64,000 bases of DNA from a virus: IMG/VR virus record IMGVR_UViG_3300050343_000230, positions 13,500-77,499 of that record; one strand, written 5' to 3'. Below, in pieces: positions 29,360 to 37,709 of this stretch (position 1 is its first letter; each line of letters begins with the position of its first letter). Below the pieces are notes generated by a model that saw only the letters and a program-made list of their open reading frames with translations, had not been told where the DNA came from and did no database searches. The translations under genes and the position numbers were made by a program.

Positions 29360-32152
29360 ATGAGTACGCTACGCGCATCTAATTTGATTCATGGTACTAC
29401 AAGTATCAACAACATTGTTCTAGATGGACAAGGTCGCGCAATTTTTGGCCCTAATAGTTCTTTTGGTCGCGCTGCTCTTTATGTAGATCCGCAAACTAAT
29501 AGAATAGGAGTTAACAAGGAGACTCCTACTGTTGCTTTAGATGTTGATGGCTCTATTAATGCAACAGGAAGTCTTAATTTTAGTGGTACTTTAAATCTTA
29601 CAGCAGATTTAGCAGTTGATACAAATACTTTATACGTAAATTCAACTACTAATCGTGTCGGACTTAAAAATAGTTCTCCTCAGTCTTTGCTACAAATTGG
29701 GTCTAGCACACCAGATGAAGAAGTTTATATTACTTTTGGTAAAACACTAGCATCCACTCAAACTAATCTACCTGTTATTGGACAGACGTCGCTTGATGGC
29801 GTAAGTAATGATTTAGCTATTGCTACTCGTTCTAGCACCGGAAAATTATTATTTTATACAGGGGCAGCTAACATTGCTAATATTGGTATAGGTACAAGTG
29901 ATAATAAAGCCCGTCTTCAAATTAATGAAGAAGGTCAACTTTTAGTTAACCCAAACAATGCATCAACAGGTGCAGCTGAAGCGGTTGTTATTTATGGTTA
30001 TGGTGATAGTAACAATATCTTAAAAGTATATGGCGCAGACGTAACTGCCGCGCCTTTTACATCCTTAGGTATAAATGGTGATATCGCATATGTAACAGGA
30101 GGCAACAACGGCACTGCATTTTGCAATCTAGCCCTCAGATGTACGCCTGCCACCGGAGTGGAAGCAACAGAATTATTTATATCAAGCAATGATGGTACAT
30201 ATGCTGCCTTCTTTGGTGGAGATGCAAGCAGTAATGTTACGAACAGTAGCAATAATGTTCAAGTATATGGAGGAACTACTAACCGACCAAGACTTAGCCT
30301 GATAACGAGTGATACCAGCATCGGAGATACCGCTGAGCTAGGTCGCTTTAACTGGTGGAATAACGACGGAGGGACATACGATGAGCTTGCGTATATGCGT
30401 GTTCTTGCTGATCAAGCCTTTAGTGCTGGTAATAAAGGATCACGTATTACCTGGGGCACTACGGCTAATGGTGCTACAACACCTACTGATCATATGATCT
30501 TGAGTTCGGCAGGTGATTTAACAGTTAGTAACGTTTTAAACGTAAGAGAAGCAATTGATTTAGCCGATAATGATGTCTTGCGCTTTGGCAGTGGTGATGA
30601 TTGTCAGATGGTGCATGATGGCTCACATTTCTATATTAAATTATTAGCTGATGACGACTTAATTATTAAAGATGAAAACAACGACGTAACTGCACTTAGG
30701 CTTGATTCTAGTGCTCGTCGTCTTTATGTTCAAGATAATATATACGCTGGTTATAACTTAACTGATTACAATAGCGGTACAAGTAATGCTGTAACTACAT
30801 ACTGTAGAGATGCTGCTAATCAAGCTGCTGATACATGGACTGCCTATGCAAGTATCACTGCTGATTTCCGTGGTAATGCAAATGAAACAACTACTGAATC
30901 TACACATCATTTTATTTCAGAAATAAAAGACCGAGCGGGTAATAGAACTGTTATTAACAAACTCGATGTTAACGGATCGCATTGGGCCTTTGGAAGTGTG
31001 TATGCAGGACGGACGCAAAATTCTACAACCAGTACAGCTACAAATTACTATCAGCGTACTGGTAATGGCTATGGATTTCATAGTTATAACAGCATACCGT
31101 ATGCGACGGGTAAGAAATATGGAACTACCTATCGCGCTTATATAAAAATGAGTGCAGTATTTGATGATGCAGATGATAGAAAAGCTTTGTATGGGATCAA
31201 ATCAGATGCTGATAGTGTTATTGATTACGACGCAGATCAATATTTAGCCTGCTCTGCAATGGGGCGGTTTGATGTAAAAGGTGGTATTCGATCAGGGCGT
31301 GTTGAATCAGATGAAGCATCTCCTAACCAAATTTATGCACCAGTAGGCTGGGGTGGTGGTACTGGCATATTATCGTACACAACCAATAGTAATTCTTACA
31401 CTGCAATTTATGGACGCACTACAGCTAATACCGATCCTGTCTTACGCGTCCGTGTTAACCAAAGTGCTGATAAAGTACGTATTCAATCAAACGGTCAAGC
31501 TTATACAGATGGAGCTTGGAACAATGTCCCTGCTGACTATGCAGAATATTTTGAATGGGAAGATGGTAACCTTAACGATGAAGATAGAAGGGGTTTGCCT
31601 GTAGTCTTAGTTCAAGATGGCAAAATTCGTATTGCAACAACGGAAGACGATAGTGAAAGTATTATCGGTGTTATTTCAGCTTATCCAGCATTTGTTGGCG
31701 ATGCAGCGGAATTATCTTGGCATGGAATGTATGAGAAAGATTCTTTTGGTAAACCTGTTGAAGAAGACGAGTTATGGTTGATTTGGAACAAAGACTATAA
31801 AGATGGACTCCCTATCAACCAGCCAATTGCAAGTGACCCAGATACCTGGGGAGCTTCTGACGGTTTTCCTTTGTCAGATCTTCCAGGCATTGAAAAAGCC
31901 ATGGCTGATGGAGTAGATACAGGCATTCCACGCTGGGCGATTGCTCAAAATTGCATTGTCAATAAGCCAAAGCAAATTGTATCAAGTGCTTATGATGCAA
32001 GTAAAGCCTATATTCCAAGATCAGAACGTAAGGAATGGGATACTGTTGGTTTAATTGGAAAATTACCAGTAGTTAAAGGTTCTCCTATAGGTTCTAGGTG
32101 GATTAAGATGGGTGAGTTGTCCGATACCTTAGATCGTTATTTTGTCCGTTAA
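29360..32152 (+). CDS. tail fibre/spike with peptidase G2-type autocleaving chaperone
   Basis: ADYAEYFEWEDG...YIPRSERKEWDTVGLIGKL. Confidence 0.85.
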   Translation: MSTLRASNLIHGTTSINNIVLDGQGRAIFGPNSSFGRAALYVDPQTNRIGVNKETPTVALDVDGSINATGSLNFSGTLNLTADLAVDTNTLYVNSTTNRVGLKNSSPQSLLQIGSSTPDEEVYITFGKTLASTQTNLPVIGQTSLDGVSNDLAIATRSSTGKLLFYTGAANIANIGIGTSDNKARLQINEEGQLLVNPNNASTGAAEAVVIYGYGDSNNILKVYGADVTAAPFTSLGINGDIAYVTGGNNGTAFCNLALRCTPATGVEATELFISSNDGTYAAFFGGDASSNVTNSSNNVQVYGGTTNRPRLSLITSDTSIGDTAELGRFNWWNNDGGTYDELAYMRVLADQAFSAGNKGSRITWGTTANGATTPTDHMILSSAGDLTVSNVLNVREAIDLADNDVLRFGSGDDCQMVHDGSHFYIKLLADDDLIIKDENNDVTALRLDSSARRLYVQDNIYAGYNLTDYNSGTSNAVTTYCRDAANQAADTWTAYASITADFRGNANETTTESTHHFISEIKDRAGNRTVINKLDVNGSHWAFGSVYAGRTQNSTTSTATNYYQRTGNGYGFHSYNSIPYATGKKYGTTYRAYIKMSAVFDDADDRKALYGIKSDADSVIDYDADQYLACSAMGRFDVKGGIRSGRVESDEASPNQIYAPVGWGGGTGILSYTTNSNSYTAIYGRTTANTDPVLRVRVNQSADKVRIQSNGQAYTDGAWNNVPADYAEYFEWEDGNLNDEDRRGLPVVLVQDGKIRIATTEDDSESIIGVISAYPAFVGDAAELSWHGMYEKDSFGKPVEEDELWLIWNKDYKDGLPINQPIASDPDTWGASDGFPLSDLPGIEKAMADGVDTGIPRWAIAQNCIVNKPKQIVSSAYDASKAYIPRSERKEWDTVGLIGKLPVVKGSPIGSRWIKMGELSDTLDRYFVR

Positions 32153-32184
32153 CTGCTATAGTATTTAGTGTTTAAACAAGACTA

Positions 32185-32364
32185 ATGGCCTGTAAAAAAA
32201 GTGAATTGATCGAAGCTATTAATACTTTGATCAGTGCAGTATCAACGAGGAACCAGAAGCTCTTAGCTTTTAGTTCTGAAGAGCTTTCATCTTGTATTGA
32301 TACACTTGAATTCGAGCCAGAAGAGGAGATGATTAATGACGATCAACCTGAGCAAGTCGGCTAA
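32185..32364 (+). CDS. hypothetical protein (59 aa)
   Basis: MACKKSELIEAINTL...; read manually. Confidence 0.55.
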   Translation: MACKKSELIEAINTLISAVSTRNQKLLAFSSEELSSCIDTLEFEPEEEMINDDQPEQVG

Positions 32365-33019
32365 GTACTACAAGGAAGAATCACATCAGTTAGCTGCCTG
32401 GAACTGGCTAGAAAGTCAGCTATCTGATGCTGTCCTTGATGAGTTTGCTGAACTGTATCGTGCTGGGCCTGTTAACCCCAGCACTAAAATCATCACACCA
32501 CAGATCTGTCAACAGTTAACTGGTTATTCAGCCAGTTCTTTTGACGATACTTTCTGTGGTGACTTTAATAAGTTGCTAACGATGACTGGCTTTGACAAGC
32601 ACAGAGAAGCAATGTGCATGTTGATTGCTAATCTCATGCACGAAACTGGCAACTTTAAGTGGATGTCTGAGATTGCTGATGGCTCAGCGTATGAAGGACG
32701 TCAAGATCTCGGAAATACGTCCCCTGGTGACGGGAAAAAATATAAAGGGGCCGGAGTCTTGATGCTGACAGGTAAGTACAATTACTCACGTGCAGCAGAG
32801 AAATTACAAGACCCGCTTATCTTGGAACGCGGATGGAAATATGTAACTGATCAGTATCCGTTTAGGTCCGCCTTAGGCTGGATTGAAGATAATGATTTGT
32901 TAAATGTCTGTCTTACAAAAGGATTCGACGACTGTTGCTACCGAATCAACGGAGGTTGGAACGGGTATGACGACCGGGCCGCAAAATTCTCCATCACTAA
33001 AAACGTATTCGGCGTTTAG
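32336..33019 (+). CDS. GH19 chitinase-like endolysin with N-terminal accessory module
   Basis: HETGNF...YEGRQDLGN...DGKKYKGAG.LMLTGKYNY...INGGWNG. Confidence 0.9.
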   Translation: MTINLSKSAKYYKEESHQLAAWNWLESQLSDAVLDEFAELYRAGPVNPSTKIITPQICQQLTGYSASSFDDTFCGDFNKLLTMTGFDKHREAMCMLIANLMHETGNFKWMSEIADGSAYEGRQDLGNTSPGDGKKYKGAGVLMLTGKYNYSRAAEKLQDPLILERGWKYVTDQYPFRSALGWIEDNDLLNVCLTKGFDDCCYRINGGWNGYDDRAAKFSITKNVFGV

Positions 33020-33245
33020 TTCTACCGTCAGTGTGTTCTTAGGCATATGGGCTTTAACGTCCGTTACTATTTTATTGCGAGCAATGAACTATGTCTAAAG
33101 ATAAAAGGATTCGTGTCAACGTTTGCTGGACACAAAGTGGTGAAAACCATTGCAAGACAATGGAAAAAGAAGAAGCCTATGCTCTCAAGCGTTGGTTAGA
33201 TAAGAGCAAAGAAGGCTTTACATATTGGTTTCAAGCACTTGAAAA

Positions 33246-33464
33246 TTAATCTTTTCTTCTACGTTTGAGGCGTTTAGAACGCTTAAACGCTTCATCACTC
33301 CACTCAGGAGCTTCTTTTTTGTACTGCTTGATCGCTTCATCAATCGTATAGGGAAGCATTGCTTCGTTCTTACGACGCTCAAGTTCTTGGGCGATACGAT
33401 CTTTATCACTCCTCAAACTCCATGTTGCTAAGAACACAGCATCTGGAGGAGTGACACCCTTCAC
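33246..33464 (-). CDS. hypothetical protein
   Basis: 72 aa; GTGA coupling. Confidence 0.5.
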   Translation of the reverse strand: MKGVTPPDAVFLATWSLRSDKDRIAQELERRKNEAMLPYTIDEAIKQYKKEAPEWSDEAFKRSKRLKRRRKD

Positions 33465-33607
33465 TTTTTTACAGAAGGCTTTAACTTAAGTACAGCACGT
33501 AGGACAAGCTGGATCACGCTGTTGTCTTTATACTTAGACATACCAATGATCTCAGACGCTGCAGCAATAATGATCCAAGTAATTGGACTGGATAAAATTT
33601 CTTGCAT
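33461..33607 (-). CDS. small membrane protein, holin candidate (48 aa)
   Basis: MQEILSSPITWIIIAAASEIIGMSKYKDNSVIQLVL; near the endolysin. Confidence 0.5.
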   Translation of the reverse strand: MQEILSSPITWIIIAAASEIIGMSKYKDNSVIQLVLRAVLKLKPSVKK

Positions 33608-33633
33608 GATAGAACTAATGAAGTATAACTATT

Positions 33634-34365
33634 CTAACGATCAAATTTTTCGTCGTTTTCATGCGGCGTATAAACAGTAAATTTATATTTACTTTTTGTT
33701 TCTGTTTTGGTTTCCCAGAAGTAATCTTCTGATTCCCCTAAACGCCCCCACTTAGCATTTGGATATTCGACATTGAAGTACCTGGTCGAGACAAGAAAAT
33801 CGGGTGTCTTAAGTTCTTCTGGCGACAAACTAGGGTCAGTAATACAACATCGGTTGTTGGGGTACGCTGCGAATTGACCATTTCGCAATGCAATGACATT
33901 GAAGGATTTATGTTCGTCTGGCGTTTCTGCGAAAGATAAATCAGTCCTAGAGCGGTCCCCATTAAAACTGTCAATAGTAAACAGATAATCTCCGGAGAGA
34001 GAACCGTGGGTTTTGGTTCTGATTTCCCAGCCCATTGTGTAGGTAAGATTTTTTTCCAAGGTGGTAATGTCATAGCTAAAGCAATTCCAAAATTGAAGTT
34101 CTTCTAAAGGCAGATCAGGTGTGGGTGCTTCTGGTATTTCTGGATGATCTGAATCCCATACTAAGAAAGCAGAAATAGGAAGCTTGTCGTATAACGCACC
34201 ATATGACGGTATGAACGTCTCGAAGTAAAAGCACCGCCCTGGAAGGGATTTAATACTGACCCAATAACCAAGCACATACTCACCATGCCCATCACGCATA
34301 TCGCGTAAGTACTCTTTACGTACCCAAACTTTTTGTGCGGGTGCATTCGTAATCAGTGTTGACAC
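33634..34365 (-). CDS. conserved phage hypothetical protein
   Basis: VWVRKEYLRD...HGE...EHKSFNVI...AAYPNNR. Confidence 0.7.
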   Translation of the reverse strand: MSTLITNAPAQKVWVRKEYLRDMRDGHGEYVLGYWVSIKSLPGRCFYFETFIPSYGALYDKLPISAFLVWDSDHPEIPEAPTPDLPLEELQFWNCFSYDITTLEKNLTYTMGWEIRTKTHGSLSGDYLFTIDSFNGDRSRTDLSFAETPDEHKSFNVIALRNGQFAAYPNNRCCITDPSLSPEELKTPDFLVSTRYFNVEYPNAKWGRLGESEDYFWETKTETKSKYKFTVYTPHENDEKFDR

Positions 34366-34558
34366 CTAATCACACATCGTATTCACGGCACTCTAACGCC
34401 CATGGCTCTAGCCTGCAATACTCTTTAAACGCTTCTGTTGGACGAGAAGATAACTTTATATCTGTTTTATTTTTTGTTCCTTCCCAATAGCTTCTAATCA
34501 AATCAACAGGGGATGTTACTAATGGATTAGTCATCACATATTTATCAGTCAGTATAGT

Positions 34559-35494
34559 TTACTGGGAGGTAGCGAAAGGAGCGAAGACCCCTGATGGGAA
34601 ACGCTCATCATATGAATGATCTCTATCCCACGCTGCTTTCCATTCAGACAGCGAATGGTTAGGAGGAATCGTATTATACCAATTCTCTGTTGCATCTAAA
34701 TTAATCTTGCTACCCTCATTTGGCGCTTCTAAATCAGGACCAATGACCCACGTTAAAGGGTTTTTTGTCACAGTATTTTCAAAATTTACTTGCACAAAAA
34801 TTCCTGATGCAATCTCCGAAAATACAGGTGTATAAGCACTTAGTTCATTAAGCGTGACAGTTTGCGTAACTACCTGAGGGATTTCCAGGAACCCTGCACT
34901 GCTGTTTCCAAAATCTTCTTGCAACATATAAGCAACAAGAAAATCTTCAGTCATAATAAAGTTTTCTTCAATCTCTGAAAACTCAACAACTAAACCAACT
35001 CCATACTGGAATAGTTCATTGCGTGTAGCAGACACGCAGAACATGTACTCACCTGGAACAAGGTCGTAAAATAATTCGTCGCCCTTGTTATAAGCTTTTG
35101 GATCATATGTATTGTATAAATCTGACTGACCACCTGCTACATCACCCTTGTAGGCACGGGGTTCTTGATGAATAACCCGACTTTCAATCGGGTTTTTATT
35201 CATGTCATAGAAAGCAATCTCAAAACGAGTGGAGGTATCACTAAACCGATTGGTAGGTACGTAGTTACTAGTAGCTAATTTAGTGCCTGCTTTAATAGCA
35301 ATTATGCAAGCATCATCTAATAGTGTAAGTTTGAACCAGTTGTTATAAGTGTCATTGCCATACCCCCCTTGAATGATCTGACTTTTTGGTCCAAGCGTTC
35401 CTGTAAGAAGACGCAAGGATGTGCGATCAAAACGACCTAGGTTAAGGGGATTAAATTGTGATCGCTCCCTTTGAGGTACGCTCGGGTTCGTCAT
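34559..35494 (-). CDS. hypothetical protein
   Basis: 311-aa ORF. Confidence 0.65.
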   Translation of the reverse strand: MTNPSVPQRERSQFNPLNLGRFDRTSLRLLTGTLGPKSQIIQGGYGNDTYNNWFKLTLLDDACIIAIKAGTKLATSNYVPTNRFSDTSTRFEIAFYDMNKNPIESRVIHQEPRAYKGDVAGGQSDLYNTYDPKAYNKGDELFYDLVPGEYMFCVSATRNELFQYGVGLVVEFSEIEENFIMTEDFLVAYMLQEDFGNSSAGFLEIPQVVTQTVTLNELSAYTPVFSEIASGIFVQVNFENTVTKNPLTWVIGPDLEAPNEGSKINLDATENWYNTIPPNHSLSEWKAAWDRDHSYDERFPSGVFAPFATSQ

Positions 35495-36191
35495 CTATAT
35501 CTTGCCGAGTCTGCGTATTGCTTTCTATTTTAGGATCTCTAATTGTTGGCCTATACAACTGTTTTAATAGGTAATCAATTGTCTGTCCTTTGCTTTGACG
35601 CAAAGCCATGATGGCATGTTTCTGCGGATCCCAATCCAGGGACAAGTATTGGAATGAAACTGGCCTGCGCTTAGCAGAAGAATTAAAGCTGGAGGTTGTA
35701 TGTAAAGGATTTACACAGCTTTCATCACCACAAAGATTGGCTGCTGTTGTTACGTACATCCTGCCCACGTCACCCCAGAAGGCTTGGTAAATAATTTTCT
35801 TTGTCTGCACACGGTCAGTAAGACGACCAGTGTTGTGGCTTCTCCAAGAGGGATAAGACGGTGCTTTAAAACTTTTACGCACATGCCAGCAACCTTCGTG
35901 AGGTGCCTCTGGATTATCCATCACCACGTTTTTCATCACCCTAGTAAGGATGTTCTGGTAATCTCTGTGGATAAAGTTCAGATCAAGACCACAAACGTTG
36001 GATTCGATCTTCAAAGCGCAGTGATAACACCAGTGTCTTTCTGAGTCTCGTATGCGATGACCGAGATGGCAGGGAAAACCAAGGTAGAAACCTTGCTCTT
36101 CAAGGGAACCATTGGGATCTAGGTAACGAAAACTCCTGTCAATCACTGCTTTCTTGCCTCTGATGCCCTTCCTGTCATCAACATTGGCCAT
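35451..36191 (-). CDS. Zn-binding HNH/His-Cys-type endonuclease-like protein
   Basis: CHLGH..CYHC, GCW, LCGDESCVNPLH. Confidence 0.55.
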   Translation of the reverse strand: MANVDDRKGIRGKKAVIDRSFRYLDPNGSLEEQGFYLGFPCHLGHRIRDSERHWCYHCALKIESNVCGLDLNFIHRDYQNILTRVMKNVVMDNPEAPHEGCWHVRKSFKAPSYPSWRSHNTGRLTDRVQTKKIIYQAFWGDVGRMYVTTAANLCGDESCVNPLHTTSSFNSSAKRRPVSFQYLSLDWDPQKHAIMALRQSKGQTIDYLLKQLYRPTIRDPKIESNTQTRQDIDDEPERTSKGAITI

Positions 36192-36202
36192 AGTTCAAGC
36201 AA

Positions 36203-36384
36203 AGTTGAGGAGTTGAGGGTCCAATACTAACTCTTTTATTCTATGCAGTGTCATTTTAGCCCGACATTTTAGCCGTAACTTTAGCCCTCAGACAGCGCAG
36301 GCCCAAAATCGCGGCCAAAGTTGCAGGCCAAAATGACACTACATACATGAAGGGAGTAGGAATGAACCCCTCAACTTCTGAACT
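36203..36384. repeat. long imperfect inverted repeat with internal TTTAGCC direct repeats (origin candidate)
   Basis: ~85-bp arms (AGTTGAGGG/CCCTCAACT; AGTGTCATTTT/AAAATGACACT) in non-coding DNA. Confidence 0.8.
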
Positions 36385-36428
36385 CCAACCGTCGCATTTG
36401 AATCTCAGACTGAGACTGGTTAGCCATT

Positions 36429-36447
36429 AAAAAAGCCCCGAAGGGCT
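36429..36447 (-). terminator. intrinsic terminator after the glycosyltransferase
   Basis: minus strand AGCCC-UUCG-GGGCU-UUUUU. Confidence 0.85.
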
Positions 36448-36452
36448 GGTGG

Positions 36453-37709
36453 TCAGTCAGCCACGCCTACTGGTTCAAGCTTCTTTCCACCCTTGCGGCG
36501 ACGGCGTACCTTGGGGCGGGGGGGCTCGATCTCTTTCAGGGTCTCAGCAAAGACTTCCTCGAACTGGTAAGCGACGGTATCCCACTGGTACTTGGTATCC
36601 GTGGCACGTTCATAGCAAGCCTTGCCAACCTCTTCAAGCTTCTCGCGATTCTCATATAAGTCGCAAAGGATCTCACAGAGATGCTCGGCGCTAGGCACCG
36701 GCATATCACGGTTGTAGTTCATGTCCACATCAATGAAGCAGTTATCGATCAATGGTGCGGCACCTTCAAAGATCTCCTTGAGACTCGTGTGATTAGGCAC
36801 CACCTGGGCGATGCCACAGGCGGCGGACTCATGGTTGACTAACCCGTGTCCCTCACCTTTACAAGTATTTACCGAGACATCGGCCGTGTTGTAGATAAGA
36901 TTCAGTAACTCAACAGGGACTGAAGGCGGATGCGGAGACTGAGCAGTCATGACGATCCTGCCATTGGGATCCAGCCCACGCTTGAGCATCTCCCTGGAGA
37001 ACAGGGGCATGATGTCCCACCCTTGATCTTTCAATCCCATGTGAAGATACAGCTTGGTATCTGGTCGGCCAACGGCGAACTGAGCAAAAGCATCAATCGT
37101 GATATCGATGCGCTTACGTCCTTGGTTCCGATTTCCATTGAAAACAATGAAGCCCTCCTCGGGAATGCCGAGTTTTTTCCTCGCTTCCTTCTTATTGACA
37201 GAGAAGAACTGTCCGTCAGTGACGCCGTGGGGGATTACAGTCACAGGCTTTTGGATTCCTGCGGCCATAAGTTCGTAAGCCCCGAAGTCTGTGTAGACAA
37301 CAATGTTGTCCCAGGCATTGGCGTGGTCTTTCAAGCAGCCCGTCCAGCCGTAGCTGTCCATCGGCATGTAAGCAATGAACTTAAAGTGCTTTGCTTCATG
37401 CAGATCCTTGATCTTGGCATAGATCGCATTGACGATCCACGCATCATTATTGATAAAAATCAGATCGGGTTTTTCCTTCTCAACGATCTCGCGGACACGA
37501 AGAGTACCGAAGGGCTCCGTTTGGAAACGGTTGGATGAGGGATACATCTTGAAGTCCTTCTGGAATTCATTTGGATCACCCCACCAGTTATTACCCAATA
37601 CAACGATCTCATATTTATCTTTCAATCGTGTAATCAAATTTTCTGTTACACGAGCAAAGCCAGTACGAGCAACGATGTCACCTGACCATAGGATCTTCGG
37701 CTTCGACAT
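36453..37709 (-). CDS. glycosyltransferase, GT-B fold (GT4-like)
   Basis: TGFARV, IPHGV, NRNQGRKRID, GEGHGLVNHESAACG (ExxGxxxxE); start MSKPKILW. Confidence 0.9.
   Translation of the reverse strand: MSKPKILWSGDIVARTGFARVTENLITRLKDKYEIVVLGNNWWGDPNEFQKDFKMYPSSNRFQTEPFGTLRVREIVEKEKPDLIFINNDAWIVNAIYAKIKDLHEAKHFKFIAYMPMDSYGWTGCLKDHANAWDNIVVYTDFGAYELMAAGIQKPVTVIPHGVTDGQFFSVNKKEARKKLGIPEEGFIVFNGNRNQGRKRIDITIDAFAQFAVGRPDTKLYLHMGLKDQGWDIMPLFSREMLKRGLDPNGRIVMTAQSPHPPSVPVELLNLIYNTADVSVNTCKGEGHGLVNHESAACGIAQVVPNHTSLKEIFEGAAPLIDNCFIDVDMNYNRDMPVPSAEHLCEILCDLYENREKLEEVGKACYERATDTKYQWDTVAYQFEEVFAETLKEIEPPRPKVRRRRKGGKKLEPVGVAD

Noticed and set aside
22791-32152. Diversity-generating retroelement or invertible fibre cassette
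   Set aside because: No reverse transcriptase, no adenine-specific TR/VR pair and no invertase or inverted crossover sites are seen.
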